Source: Ginglymostoma cirratum
Taxonomy: Eukaryota
DNA: 64,000 bases
Assembly (NCBI GenBank): GCA_024137785.1
Contig: JAHRHZ010000076.1
Location: forward strand, 15,203,873-15,267,872
Direction: 5' to 3'
The position numbers were made by a program, and so were the translations under genes. The notes beneath the pieces are model-generated. The model was not told the DNA's origin. It did not search any database and saw only the letters and a list, made by a program, of their open reading frames with translations. Within the stretch, counting starts at the first letter, position 1, and every line of letters starts with the position of its first letter. This document shows positions 1 to 13,379 of the stretch, one piece after another.

Positions 1-1084
1 TTTTTAGGTCTGATGCCTGAAATCATCATTTTTCTTAAATCAAGGAATGAAGAGCACAATGACCTGTGAGACAGTGCACAGTTGTTCAACATCAGGTTCC
101 TTACAGAACATCTAAATATAACAAGCTGAGCTGTGAATGGCAGGGAAGGGATAGAAACTTAGCACATATGAGCAGTGCTGAACATGCATTCAAATTTAAA
201 CTGGGTCTATGGTCCTCCCAACTGAAAAATAAAATGCTGCAACCTTTCCTCAGTCTGGAGAAGATGCTAGAAAAAAATCAAAGACTAAAAAATTACATCA
301 ATAATAACAGCACAAAGCAGGTTTTGGGGTTTGAATTAAATTAATAATTTAATAATGTATCAACTAAATTCTAATAGAGAGAACTGAGATTTCTTACATC
401 ATGAGTGTTCAGTTTAATCCAGTTGCTTATAATTCTTGTGATTGTGGGAACACCCAATTTTAGGATTGTAGACAAAGGTGTTTCCTAAGTTTCAGAGCTG
501 CTGTTACTGCCTTTTTGATACCTCTCTAACGTGGAGATAGGAATACACAATAACTTATCAAAATTTGCCAATGATAGCATCTTTGGATATATGACAGAAA
601 GGAGGTGGAATAATCAAAATATTGTGAGGTGGAATTTAATATGGTGAATGCAGAGAAGTGTGAATTTTGGCAGAGGGGTTAGCAAGAGGCCAATTAGACA
701 TAAAGGCACCAGTTTAAAGGGTTTACAGAAACACAGGGGCTTGGCCTTTATGTACATAAATCTTTGAAGGTTTCAGGACATATTGACAGAATAATTAGCA
801 AAGCAACAGTGGACTGGTTGAGTACAGTTGGTACTACGCCTGTTGTGAACAGCCAATGGAATATTTTGATTGATATGACCCACCAGTCTTTGAGATGTCT
901 CGCGTAAATACCTTGAATCACACACAAATAGCTGTTTCCATTAGTTGATTGTGAAAGAACTTGGAGCCACAGATTTAGACAAGAAATGCAGGGTAGCTAT
1001 AAAGAAGAACCTTTTTATATGACAAATGACAAAACCTTAGGACACATCATAGAACTGTAGGTGATGAATATATCAAAATGGAAT

Positions 1085-1690
1085 TGTTATGAACCAGACC
1101 AGGCAGCCTTAAATTTTTTTAAGGATTTAGCCTCGACCCTAACTTTTTCTTATTCCGAAGGCAAATGTAAAGTGTCTTTTCCATGTGCAAGGCAACTGCT
1201 CAAACTACTTGACGTTATGCAAAACACAATTTATTTAATCACTGTGGTTAAAATATAACCAAAGAAAGAGGAATCTGGAATAACTTAACTTTATTAGAAA
1301 CTTAACAGAATAATAGACACAGTAACTATCACTAATCAACAGTTCAATATAGTAACATTCTATAAACACACTCCTTTGCAATAAAGGAAAATTCAGACTT
1401 AGATTCTCACATGCCGTTCTCCAGAAAGAAAAAAAACATCAAGAGAAAATTCAGAGAGAGTAGCAGCCAGGAGACATTCGCTGGAGCTTCCAGCTCTTTC
1501 GAGATCCCGATAGCTTCTGATGCTACTCAGAAATCCTGATCAGTGAGAGCTGGCCACACACATCCAGGTTCCCAAGGCCTCCTAATTTGTTTGCACAAGC
1601 GGTCTTGAGTAACCAGCTCATCACTTCTGCCTCACAACGTCTCTTCAAAACAAAAAACAAAATAACTTCTTAAAGTGACAGCATTGTCGG
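1085..1690. mobile_element. Solo-LTR-like element
   Basis: About 600 bp starting TGTTAT; homologous end to end with 55001-55643, which runs TG...CA; minus-strand AATAAA. No coding region. Confidence 0.5.
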
Positions 1691-2379
1691 AGAACTTAAT
1701 TTCAGCAAAGTAAATTTGTGAGATAGCTCTACATAGAATCCTAATGGAGTTGATATGCTGGATGGTCTCATCTTATCCCTTAATGGTTCTTTGACTATTG
1801 TAAATGAAACGTTTCCTTCGAATTACATTTACTTTCCCTGTTGATACTAAGCTTGATAATTTAATGATTGTTTTCCAAACTCAGGCCATTAAGCTGCTTC
1901 TCCTGACAATACCTGACACGTTAGAAAGCTTTGCTTGCCTTTTAATACAAATCCTACTATTTATATTTTGCAGCAACCTTCACCACGATTTCTCAATGAC
2001 CACATGAAACTACATACTTTTACTAAGTTTATTACTCTTACAACTTGATCCCTGACTACCCCTTCTCATTGGCCCCATGCATTTAAACACCAAAGTCCCT
2101 CTAAGCCTTCTCAGCTTCTTTGTGTCCAAATGTCCTGCACATATAATAGGTATCTTTAAACTTTATTGAGGATATCTGGTCCAGTGGTGAAGTGGTGGAT
2201 AATGGGAAACCAAGCAAGATGATAGAGTTGGAAAACTGGAAAGATTTCAGATTTAATCTTCATCAGTTGCCTTAAATGATTGGAATTTGGACAATCCTTT
2301 CACAATCCCTGCCTCTTTTCTAAACACTCTGAGAGTGCCCCCAGTTATAGTAGGTTTCGCCTGAAGTGGTAAAGGTGGT

Positions 2380-3310
2380 TGCCAGGGAAGTTATTATTGT
2401 CAATCTGCAACTGGTGTTGCAGGTTTTCTTAAAAGTTAATTAAGTCATGTGTCTTCTGTTGGTTGGACCAGTGTTTGTTTTTTGTCCATATCTATGTATC
2501 CTTCAGAAAGTGGTGAAGAGCTGCCTTCTTGAATCATTGCAGTCCATTTGGTGTAGATACCTCACAATCCAGTTGGGAAGGGTATTCTAGCATCTTGACT
2601 CAGTGAAAATGAAGACACAACAACATATTTCAAAGTCATGGTGGTGAGTGGCTTGGAAAGGATCTTGCAGGCATGGTATTCTCATGGGTGTACTGCTCTT
2701 ATCCTTCTAGATGACAGTGATCATGAGATTGGATGGTGTTATCTAAGGAAATTTGGTGAATTTGCACAATGCATCTTGTAGATGATTCATAATGCTGCAT
2801 ATGTGGGTCAGAGGTGGAGAGTGAATATTTGTGAATATGGTGTCAATTAAGTTAATTTTCTCTCATTGGAGATGGTCATTGATTAGCATTTTGTGGGGTG
2901 CAAAGTTTAGAGTATTTGCCACCTTTCAGTCCAGGACCTCGATATTGTCCAGATCCTGCGGCTTCATGGGTTTCTTCAGAAGATTTGCAAATGGTGTTCA
3001 GCATTGTGCAATCATCACCACTTCAGACCTTATGATGGAGGGAAGGTCATTGATGAAATACCTGAAGATGATTAGGACTCTACATTGAGTAACTCCTGCA
3101 GAGATGTCCTGGAGATGAAATGACTGATCTCTAACGACCACAACCATTATTCTTTGTATAACTCCAGCCAGTGGAGATTGTAGCCTCTGATTCCAGTGGA
3201 TTTGCTAAACAGCTTGCAGGATTTATAGCCTCTGACATGATCGGTTCCTGATTGATGATAAGCCCTGCACAATGGTAGATTCATTGATGGCAATGCCATT
3301 GAATGCAAGG
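2380..3310 (-). mobile_element. Degenerate non-LTR retrotransposon (CR1/L2 group) RT and 3' fragment
   Basis: Reverse complement resembles 45560-46620 of the longer LINE in this window. Confidence 0.65.
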
Positions 3311-3648
3311 TTTGCTGGTTAAATTCTCTCTCTGGTTGGAGACGGTCATTGCCATTTGCTGTGGCTTTGCTGGAGGGGAGAGTGGGTGGGCGGAGGGAGA
3401 TCAACAACTTGTCACAATGCACTAGGGATTTGTAGCCTGAACTCACGTCCCAGGGACCATGATGAGCAAACTAGGGTTCGTCCGACGACTGGAAGGAGGG
3501 AGTCGCTCTGTGATTTGGAAATTGAAAGGAGGAAATCTCCTCCAGAACTGCCATTATCTCACATCTGCGCTTTGGGGATGGGGGATGGGTGATTGCTGAT
3601 AGAATGATAAACGGTGGGAACACCTATCTGCAGCTTGACAAAGCAGAA

Positions 3649-3687
3649 AGTTTTTGTGCGGGGGTTCAAAACAACGACAGCACCGTG
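3649..3687 (-). promoter_or_regulatory. 23-bp-spacer recombination signal sequence (RSS)
   Basis: CACGGTG - 23 nt (CTGTCGTTGTTTTGAACCCCCGC) - ACAAAAACT on the minus strand. Confidence 0.93.
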
Positions 3688-4108
3688 TTGCAGCGCAGTA
3701 GTAGGTAGCTGTGTCGCTCAGTGCAATGTCATTGATAATAAGGAGGGTGGAACTTTCAACAATTTCGATATTGAATCGGGAGGTGAAGTCGGTGTGCAGC
3801 CAGGTGAGTTGCTGGGACCGGAGAACGCCTATCCCGCGAATGACTGTGCCTTTCTGCTGGTACCAGTAGATAGATTGGGACGCTATGTCATCCGTCCCTT
3901 CAGTCCGACAGACGAATCGTGCGGTCATTCCCGTGGTCCGGGTGAGCGACAAAACCTGCTTCAAAGACAAGAGGGCTTCACCAGCGGCTGGAGACAGAAG
4001 CACAAAGAATCATTTTTACCAGAGAGACCCATCCCGACGGTGTTGGTGTTTACATCACATCATACTGGAGTTCATTAAGAAAACTAACACGAGCAGAATG
4101 GACGACAT
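3688..4108 (-). CDS. Antigen-receptor V segment, single-copy atypical family, apparently intact (probably TCR gamma)
   Basis: Leader exon 4108-4066 (MSSILLVLVFLMNS, GT donor), 78-bp intron, AG acceptor, V exon 3987-3688: TAGEALLSLKQVLSLTRTTGMTARFVCRTEGTDDIASQSIYWYQQKGTVIRGIGVLRSQQLTWLHTDFTSRFNIEIVESSTLLIINDIALSDTATYYCAA. Both Cys, WYQQ and DTATYYC present; directly followed by a 23-RSS. Confidence 0.88.
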
Positions 4109-4669
4109 GATTCTACGATGCCGTGTCAGAGTGAATAGTCGAAACGGTTTAATTTTCTTGTCGCAAACTTACAAGACATCAAGATGAGCGCCCGGACGAA
4201 GTAAGACGACATATTGTCCCAATGTGGGACAATTGAAAGTCTTGCTCCTAGTCACACTGGAGGGCAGTGACAGTCATGAAGGAAGTGACTTCGACCCCCT
4301 CGGCCAGCGTGAACTTAGTGATCTGCCTCTTGCTGGAACCCGGAGTATCCACTCTGGGTCATCAACACCCCTTCTCTGCTCCAACTCACAGACCCACACC
4401 AGTGGGAGGAGCCATAGAGTTACCTCACTATAACAGACCATCTTATTCAACAGTTTCAGGTTATGAATTCAGTCCTCCATTATGTTTATTTTACCCTTAG
4501 GTACGGCATGAGCCATGAATTGAACAAAGATGGACTTTGCCTTAATTTTTTAAGATATGATTTGGGTTATTAATATAGGCGCCGGAGTATCGTGACTTAA
4601 ACACTTTACACTTCCTTTTGTAAATAATACAAATGACAATAAATTACTATTTTAATAATCTATTCTGTT

Positions 4670-5410
4670 ATAGAGTCATCGAGTCATACAGCACGGAAAC
4701 AAACCCTTCGGCCCACTCAGTCCATGACGAACATAACCCCGAACTAAACCATTCCGACCCGGCTATTCCTGGCCTAAATCCCTCCAAACCTTTCCTATTC
4801 ATGTACTTATCCAAACGTTTTTAAACGTTGTAATTGTACCTACGTCCACCATTTCCGCAGGAAGTCCATTCCACACGCGAACCACCCTCTGTGTAAAAAC
4901 TTTCCCCCTTATGTCTTCTTTAAATCTGTCTCTTCTCACCTTAAAATGTGCCTCCTATTCTTGAAATCCCCCATCCTAGAGAAAAGACAACGACCATTAA
5001 CTCTATCTGTACCTCTCATTATTTTATAAACTTCTATCAAGTCGCCTCTCAACCTTCCATGCTCCAGTGAAAGAAGTCCCAGCCTATTTAGCCTTTCTTT
5101 GTAACTCAAACCTTCCATACCCAGAATTATTTGCTAAATCTCTTCTGAAACCCTCCAGCTTAATAATATCCTTCCAATACCTGGGCGACCAGAATTGGAC
5201 GCAGTATTTTAAAGAGGCTTCACCAATGTCCTGTACAACCGCAACATTGACTTCCCAAATTCTATACTCATAGGATTGAGCAATGAAGGCAAGCATGCTA
5301 AACGCCTTTTTAACCGTCCTGTCTATATGTGACGCAAACTTCAAGGAATTATGTACCTGCACCCCTCGTTCCCTGTGTTCTACAGCATTACCCAAGGTCC
5401 TACCATTAGT
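4670..5410 (-). mobile_element. CR1-type LINE 3' fragment
   Basis: ORF pieces GLSYKERLNRLGLLSLEHGRLRGDLIEVYKIM and YCVQFWSP are the CR1 ORF2 C-terminus; GACTCTAT-type tail near 4670. Confidence 0.85.
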
Positions 5411-6199
5411 TGTATATTCTTTTCATATTCTTGCTTTGAGATAGAGCTATTCATTATTCTGCCATTACCACGCCCTCTGACCATTACCACTCCTTTTGTG
5501 AGATAAAACCATAAGCTATAGGAGCAGAATTAGCCCATTGGGCCCATCGAGTGCACTCCACCACTCAATAATGACTGATATGTTTCTCAACCCCATCCTC
5601 CTGCCTTCTGCCTGTCGCCCTCTAGCCCCTTACTTATGAAGAACCTATCTACCTCTGTCTTAAATACACCCAATGACATTTGTTTCAGTACATTTTTGTT
5701 AATTTATCTCTCCCACTCTTTCCGATCTTAGACACTCTTTTCGCTCTTCCTGAACCTCACCAGGACAACATAAAAGCTATCATATTTGTCATATTCGATT
5801 CTAGATGTTAACTCTGTCTCTCTCTCCACAGACACTACCAAACCTGCTGAGTGTTCTTACCCGAGTTTTGTTAATATTTTAGTATTGTTGGAGACCACTG
5901 GTGGTAATATAAAAGTTTCAATAGTCAATTTAGTTTGTCTTTTTTTATTTCTGCTTGGTGGAAGTCAACAGGAAGACAGGAGCAGTCGGGTTGGGATTAC
6001 GGGGCCACATGCAGGTGAGAATATAAGTGGTAAGTGTTTTGCTTCAATTTTCACATTAAGGATAAAAATCACAAACTTATGAACGGATCTACCAGGAAAC
6101 CCAAAAAGTATATCAGGGAAACAAGCTTAGTTTTAAAAAAAAGATAATTATGAAAATAATGAGAATTCAGAGAAATGAATCTCCAGGATGTGATATTTT

Positions 6200-6930
6200 C
6201 CAAACTGGACAGTAAAAGAAAGGAGTAAGAATATTACAAATGCGTTTGTCATAATTCCACAAAAATCTCTATAGTCAGTAACTGTGGGAAGGTTGCTGGA
6301 GACTGTCTTCGTGGATAGGTAGTAACCACGCACTTGAAGGAACATGAATTGCTCAGAGAATCTGCATATCCCTGTGAAAGGATAGGTCACATCTGACTGG
6401 TCTAGTTGGCTTTTTTTCTGGTGACGACAGGGGGTTTGTTTATGAATGTGTACTGCATGGATTTTCAGTCGCGATTTGATGAGGTTTTACACAAGCTTAT
6501 TAGTAAAATTGAAAACTCAAGGTGACATGGGATGACAATTGTTTTGGAACCAGGAGGCAAAATATAGGGAGGAATTTGCCTTGAAGATGTATTCTGAATG
6601 ATGGGAATTGACAGGTGGTTTTTACTTCGGTATTTCGCACTGGACCTCCGAAGTTACTTTTTGACCAGAGAGATGTTGGTGGATAAAGGAAGAGAGAGTT
6701 GCGTACCCAAGTGTGCAAATTAAACATCGATGACTGTAGAGATGAGAGCAGCAAGTTATGAATGAAAATTAATAGTATAAGTGAATGGATAAAATTATGG
6801 CAAATGCAGTTTGATGTGAGGAATTGTCTTTGGGGCCAAAAAAAAAGAGGAACTGGAATATGTACAGTACTTAATGGTGAGCATCTGGGCAATGTGAAAG
6901 AACCGTAGAAATTTAGTGTTCGTGTGACTA
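6200..6930 (+). mobile_element. Old CR1 RT fragment
   Basis: Degenerate MDF..FD.V and W..LWQMQFDV type motifs. Confidence 0.55.
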
Positions 6931-6999
6931 CAAGGTAGGCCTTAGTTTAAAAAAAAAGTGTAATTAAGAAGTATACTCTGATCTTGCTCCTTCGGTCAA

Positions 7000-7370
7000 A
7001 GAATACACCAAAGTCCGGTGTAATGACTGTGGTAAAATAATAAATACGCGACGGCCAATCTGCGCAAAACACTGCCCCACCAACCGCAATGAGATCAGCT
7101 AATTGAGATACCGTTTTAGCTGAAGGATAAATATTGGCCAGGGCACGAAGGATACCTTTCCTGCTCCGCCACGAGTCTTGTGTGTTCTGAAAGCGCAAGC
7201 AGTGCGTCTGTTCCATATACCAGCTGTGAGGAAGCGCCTCAAAAATGTAGCACTCCCTCTGTCCTACACAGGAAAGTCAGTCTAAATTATATACGCAGTC
7301 CTCTGGAGCGGCGCCTAATCTCATGACTTTCCAACTCAGCACTGAAAGTGTTGCCACTGAACCACAACTC
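7000..7370 (-). mobile_element. DeuSINE/SacSINE1-like SINE
   Basis: GGATAAATATTGGCCAGG core in reverse orientation, and a tRNA-like head near 7340-7370. Family name is from recalled consensus, not from a search. Confidence 0.6.
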
Positions 7371-8769
7371 TCAAAGAATTGGAATATGAAGTGAAGAGGT
7401 TATGGCTCAGACGTGCATAGCCATGACCAGATCCAATTTGAAAGTATTGCAATTTCTGACGTTCTACCTCGAGAAGGTTACTTTGTACTGGAAGGTTTGC
7501 AGGGTAGGTTCACCAGAACAAGAATGAATTGTAGAAATCTGGTTTTACTCTTTTGATTATAGGTAATTGAGGAATGGTCGAATTATTGTGTTTAAAGTGT
7601 TAGAATAGTATTATTAGATGCAGTGGAACACTTTCCTTTAGTGGGGAACACTGAACAAGGGTGATATTTGGGCTGTTTGGGGGCTATGTCGGGAATCACT
7701 TCTTCACACAAAGGGGAGAGGGAAGCTGGAATTCCCACCCATCCCCACACCCTCGCTCAAAAACAGCTGCGGCTGCTAGGAGTCAATTGACGTTTTCAGG
7801 GTACTTTCGAATCTTTCGGATTGAGAAATATCGAGCCGAGGAGAGTTAATTAAGTTGAATTTCTAATTCAATATAATCTCATTGAACGGTGTAAATTCAC
7901 GTGAATAAGTGAGTTCCTCATGCAACTACTCATTTTTTTAAAAATTGAACAGAATCAAAGTGTTAGTAAAGGAGACGTGGCAGAGAAAGAGAAGGGGAGT
8001 GAGCAGAGATTGTGAAAAGCGAGGAAATTGCGATTCATTTGTAGACTCAATGTTGGGTTTGGGGTTAGATCTCTGGAGGTCGAGAGAAAAGTTGAAAGGG
8101 AGAGGGTGTCACCAAAAGTGTTACCCGTGCGGACCTTAGGCACTGAATAATGTTGGGGCAGCGAGGCGTAAGATAAGGATGTTGGTGAACCGTAAAATGT
8201 GGGATAAGACATGAAGCAGGGAAGATTACAGAAGGAAACGCGTATAATTGAGGATAAATATTTACAGGTGGTTAATTTAGTGACACAAAAACAATTGGTA
8301 AACAATTGCGATTGACAAATAATTGGCTGAAGAATTAGTCAGTGTTAGTGCTGTCACGAGCACTCCTTTACTCCCATCTGTGGAAGAATTGACGAGATAT
8401 TTCACCCAACTACTTTGTCCTGTGTCTGTTCTCCTGTGATGCTCCAGGGTCTCTAAAGGAATGGAGAAGGAATGGCGGGGATGTAACCATAAGTACCAGA
8501 GAAACTCAGCCAACCTGGCTGCATTGTGTCAAGAGAAACAGAGCTAATGTTTCGAGTCCATTACGAGTCGCAAATGCGATCAGACGAGCACTTTTCGTTT
8601 TTATTTCGAGTCTACAACATCTGCAGTGTTAAAGGGAAGTGAGGGTAGCGATTTACTTCGTATTTGTGTCTTGTAATGTTCGAGACTGTACGTTTTTGTT
8701 GAAGGAACGTCATGGTTGTTTTCACTCGTGACTGTGGTTTTGACATGATGTTTGAATTGCAAGATTGAG

Positions 8770-9214
8770 GGGTTTTGTAAGCGGATTGAATTGCTGTTTC
8801 ACGCTATGATGCCAATAGGCCCAATAATAAGTGGCGGTATCATCTGTCTTTATTTTTTCAATACGCAGATAATGTTGCCTGAGTCCAGATTTGACAGCTT
8901 TAAATCTTTCATTTAATACATTATCCTACCCTTTGTTAAGGAGCAAGCAGACAGGTTGTTGTCCGGTTGCCTGTTAGTACCAGTGGATGGGGGAAGAACC
9001 GACTGATTCACTCAGCTCGCACGTAATTATAACATGACTCCCCATTCGCCTGATCAACGAAAGTTGATTCTGCTTCAAATCTTGAGTAAAACACTTGCCT
9101 ATGGGAAAATAAACACCAAATTAGAAATATTTTTACAGTCTGAAGTAAACAAAAATAAAACAAAATCAACTTACGCGGAAAAAATGCCACTAAAGCGACC
9201 CAACGCAGCAACAT
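8770..9214 (-). pseudogene. TRGV: TCR gamma-type V pseudogene, single-copy family, with degenerate RSS
   Basis: Leader 9214-9175 (MLLRWVALVAFFP, GT donor). V exon 9098-8809 reads KCFTQDLKQNQLSLIRRMGSHVIITCELSESVGSSPIHWY*QATGQQPVCLLLNKG*DNVLNERFKAVKSGLRQHYLRIEKIKTDDTATYYWAYWH: two stops and second Cys replaced by Trp. RSS CATAGCG-23-ACAAAACCC (8808-8770) has lost the CAC. Confidence 0.9.
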
Positions 9215-9884
9215 AATTCCAGACTATGATGCTCCTGCCCTAAGATCTGTACTAAATATACAGGGCAATGAACGTGACAAAATACTGTGCGGTTGACAAT
9301 TTCCTGTCAGTATGTGGCGTAGCACTGTTCGTATCGTTGTGATCTAGCTTTTACCAAACATCTGACACATGCCACTCCTTTCAGTCAGATTTCTACCGTA
9401 TCATATTTTTAATCTGTAAAATAAAGTATCGATTGAATTACACAAGAACTTTTCAGGCGGACAGGTAAAGGCGTAAGTTGATTCAGTCTTGTTCTGGCAG
9501 TTTTAGCGTTGTGACACAAGATGATTAAATCATCAGCACGTCCCAAACCAACGGCCCCCAACCACAAAGACGGGAACTGTAAACTTGCAGCAGTAACTTC
9601 ACCGGTAAGCTGCACACAGTCCTGACTGGGACATCTCTCGCCACTTGTTCATTATTAGTGAGTCAAAACTTTAGAACGCCCTCCCCAAAAGACCTTCCTA
9701 GTTATAAAGTCTCTGAAGAAGTTGAGGGATCCTGTTGCTGTAATAGAGTAAGATCAGTATTATTTGAGGCGAGAGGAGAGGGATGGTGGGAGACCAATGA
9801 GGGGGCTAGTTGTAGGAGAAGGCTGAGAAAGAGAAAGCAAGAAAAAGCATCAGCGGGGAAAGACCGCATACGAGGTTGAGAGAT

Positions 9885-10250
9885 GACTTTATAGAGACTT
9901 ATAAAATCATGAGAGGTACAGATAGGCTAAATGGTAGGTTTCTTTTCTCTAAAATGGGGGATTTCAAGACTAGAGGGCGTACTTTTAAGGTGAGAGGAGA
10001 GAGATTTAAAAAAGACATGGGGCATTTTTTTTTACACAGGGTGGTTCGCGTGTAGAATGAACTCCCTGAGGAAATGGTGGGAGCGGGCACAGTTACAATG
10101 TTTAAAATACACTTTGATAAGTACATGAATAGGAAAGGTTTGGAGAGATAGGGCCAGGAGCCGGCAGGGTGGAACTAGGGTAGTTTGGGACCATGTTCGG
10201 CGTGGACTGGTTGGACCGAAGGGTCTGTTTCCATGCTGGATGACTCTATG
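9885..10250 (+). mobile_element. CR1 3' end
   Basis: DFIETYKIMRGTDR followed by the CR1 3' UTR ending ATGACTCTATG. Confidence 0.85.
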
Positions 10251-11604
10251 CCACAGACAACTTCGTAAGCATGATTTCCAAACACGCGATGCGGGTAGAG
10301 AACTGCTCAATAAACCTTCAGACACGTTTGCCTTTTCCCCCACTTTTAATTACCAAAGTCCAAAACAGTTAAAATACTTTCCAAGTTACGCCAGTTCTCC
10401 CTCATCCTGTAAAACTGTTCTGAAAACCCACTTCCTTAGTCAAAGGTTTGTTCGTTTCGTTTAATATTTTCTCCCATTTTGCTGGAATGTACAGCTGCAA
10501 AAGAGCACAGAGGCATTTTCATACGTTTAACATGCTGTCGCTTAACCTCAATTAACATCCCTTTCCTAATGTCCATTTCCTGTGGGGAATAACTTAAGCT
10601 GCCGAGAAACCCTGCACTTATTTTCAAAGCGATGTTCGAGGGCCGAAAATGAAGAAGGAGCTGGTCCGGAATAGCGCATTCACTGTTTGCTACGTCGTTA
10701 GTTTGGGCAAGCACGAAATGCTGAGGGTGCTGGAAATCTAACACACTAAGGCATCCAGTACTAGAAATTGTTAGCAGACAGTCGACACCAACGGGTAAAG
10801 TTTCAAATTGATGAATTTTAATCAGAATTATTTCTGACAGCAATTTACAGACTGAACACGGACAACAAAAACCTGATCTACGCAGATAAGGCAACGCAAA
10901 CTGATCCATGTTCTTTTCCGACTGATACCCCGGAGTACTTTTTAGGGAGAACTTGATATTTTGGGATCCTTTACCTTGAAGATTATTGCTTGCAGCTAGG
11001 TACTTGAATTTCGAAATTAGTTAGGATCCATACTTTACTAGTTGTGCAACCATATCAACAACTTGTGTATATATTTAAGTATGATACAATATCCCTAGAC
11101 AACAGACAAATATTACCAGACTAAGTTTGACACATAACCAGATGGTAGTACAGGTGGCTAAATCTTGGTAAAAGAGTTAAGTTTAAGGAAGTAGGAGGCA
11201 GAGACGCTTAGGGAAGGAATTCCAAAATTTAGTGCCAACATATTTGAAACACATAAATCAGAGGTGTAGCGAATTAAATTGAAAATGCACAAGAATTCAT
11301 CAAGGGAGGAATGCAGAAATTTCAGGGTTCAAAATACTGAAGGACTTTGCATAAATAGGGAGGTTTCTAGAGCATGAAGAGGTTAGAGAGGTGGTGGGTA
11401 AGTAATCAGCAGGAAAGTGGGCAACTACTGTGTTTGCTTCAAATTTTAATTGTTAGTCCATTGGGGATAAAACATTGAGGCTAAATTGCATGTAGAGGGC
11501 AAGAGTGATCCTGAAATACCATATTTCTTGTTTCTGGGTTTGCATCCTGTCTTTAAGTGAGGAATGGGGTGGTGCTGAGGTTGGAGGTCATCAAAGTGCC
11601 CACA

Positions 11605-12350
11605 ACTGTGGCTCAGCTAGTAACAGGCTTTCTTGAGAGTCAGCCGGTTTTGGGTTTCCAGTTTAACACTCGGGCTTAAACCCAAGCAATTAAGGTTGAC
11701 AAGCCAGTATAGCACTGACAAATGACATCAGCAGCCACGTTTTGCATGAAAGGTTTATCCAAGGCCTTGACGGCCCTGTTAGTTGCGTGTAAAAGATCAA
11801 ATAGCGCAATTTTGAAGCAAAGCAGGAATCTATCCCCGGTGTTCTCACCAATGTTTATCCTACTATTGATTTCACAAAATAAACTATGTATTATCAAATT
11901 GTTATTTGTGGAGTTTGCTGTACACAGTTAGTTGCCATGTGCAAGAAAAACAAAGTTGCTGGAAAAGCTCAACAGGTCTGGCAGCATCTGTGAAGGAGAA
12001 AACAAACGTTTTAACGTTTCGGGTCCGGTGACACTTCCTCAGAATTGCCATGTTGCCATGTGTCTTATTTTCAATAATGTAGTAAGTATAGAAACGAAAG
12101 TATAGACAGATAGGTTCTTGATTATCAAGGGGATCAAGGGTTACGGTGCGAAAGCAGGAGAATGGGGTTGAAGAACTTATCAGCCATGTTTGAACGGCGG
12201 AACAGACTCGATAGGCCGAATGGCCTAATTTCTGCTCCTATGTCTTATGGTCTTATGGTGAGTAGAATAGAAAAGAGGAAAGTGTGTAGTTCATGGCTGC
12301 AAAGTGCGTTATGATATCCTGCAGTCTTTAAAGGCGCTGCATAGATAAAT
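11605..12350 (+). mobile_element. DeuSINE/SacSINE1-like SINE interrupted by a short Penelope-like insertion (11940-12050) and a CR1 tail
   Basis: tRNA-like head GTGGCTCAG, core GTAAAAGATC...CCCCGGTGT...CAATGTTTATCC; the insertion is flanked by TTGCCATGT direct repeats. Confidence 0.6.
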
Positions 12351-12979
12351 GATTTTTTTTGCGGAATATGCTTTGTTCTCATGTTCTTGCGGTCTGTGTT
12401 ATACCCTGAAAAGGATCAGAGAATCATGCAACACCGGAAAGAAGTAATTCACCCCATCATGTGTGTGCAGGTTCTTTGGAAGAACAATCCTACTCATTCA
12501 CATTCCTATGGGGCAATCTTCCTGAGGTATGCAAATGTAATTATCTAAAATTCTAATGAAGTGGTTCCATTATTGACTGACAGGTATCACCTATGAAAGG
12601 TAACGCAACACTCACTTGAATGCAAAACATTACAACTTTTTTGCTTGAGAATTGAGAATTAGCTATGACTTCTAAAGCACATCTCATTCTTGTTCTGATT
12701 AAAGAGCATGATCCAAGAATTTAACTCTGGCCAGATTCGCCTGAGGAATGGCAATCACCACTGGACTACTGCTCTGTTTCTAACTTTCTGTGCCATGACC
12801 AATCTGCACATTCTGACTTCTTAAGAAATGAGAAGCATATCTTAAATTAAACTAAATTTACTCTATTGCTGCTTTATCTGGAAAGCCAATTTACAGTCTA
12901 TTTTCAGGCACTAGCTGCCATACTTTTGCGAATGCTCACTAACTGTCTGAAAAGTTTTGGGTCATTTAAACAACCTCAG

Positions 12980-13260
12980 TGTGTTAGTGAATGAATATGT
13001 GAGTGAATGCATAAACAGCGATTGTGTAGGTGTGTGATTGGGTAGAGTAGGTGAGGTAAGTGAGTAGATGGCGAGTTGGACAAGTGGAACTTTAGTTGGG
13101 TGATAGGTGAGTAGAGTGGAAGATGGGTATGACAGCAGCTGACCAGGCTGGAAACTGAGCAGGTGGATAGGGTAGTCAGAGGGTGAGGTGTGTAGTCAAG
13201 CTGGGTCAAGAAAGGTTGTAAAGTTGGCAAAATGAGAGTTAGTGAGCCAGAGGGAATCAG
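12980..13260. repeat. Degenerate GT/GA-rich low-complexity tract
   Basis: Repeating GTGAGT/GGGTAG-like units; the overlapping ORF is low complexity. Confidence 0.55.
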
Positions 13261-13379
13261 TTAGATAATTCTTCATGTTGAGGATACATGCCATCATATT
13301 GTACACCATTACCACTATGCTGAATGTGATAGATCTTGAACAGATGTAGCAACTCAAGCCTGAGGACACTTGTGACACT

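Noticed and set aside
1-3640. J or C segments downstream of the last V
   Set aside because: No FGxG exon with a 12-spacer RSS and no C1-domain exon seen; mostly repeat remnants. A degenerate J could have been missed by eye.
3688-3987. IgNAR or NAR-TCR identity for the atypical V
   Set aside because: No non-canonical Cys, CDR2 region not deleted, no adjacent D-J or supporting V; FR1 resembles its neighbours.
3554-4003. ORF-track proteins running beyond the V exons (also 15477, 26561, 49610, 62224)
   Set aside because: The extensions are intron or RSS read-through, not real protein ends.
3614-4078. 154-aa plus-strand ORF and other antisense ORFs over V genes
   Set aside because: Antisense shadows of coding exons with no recognisable motifs.
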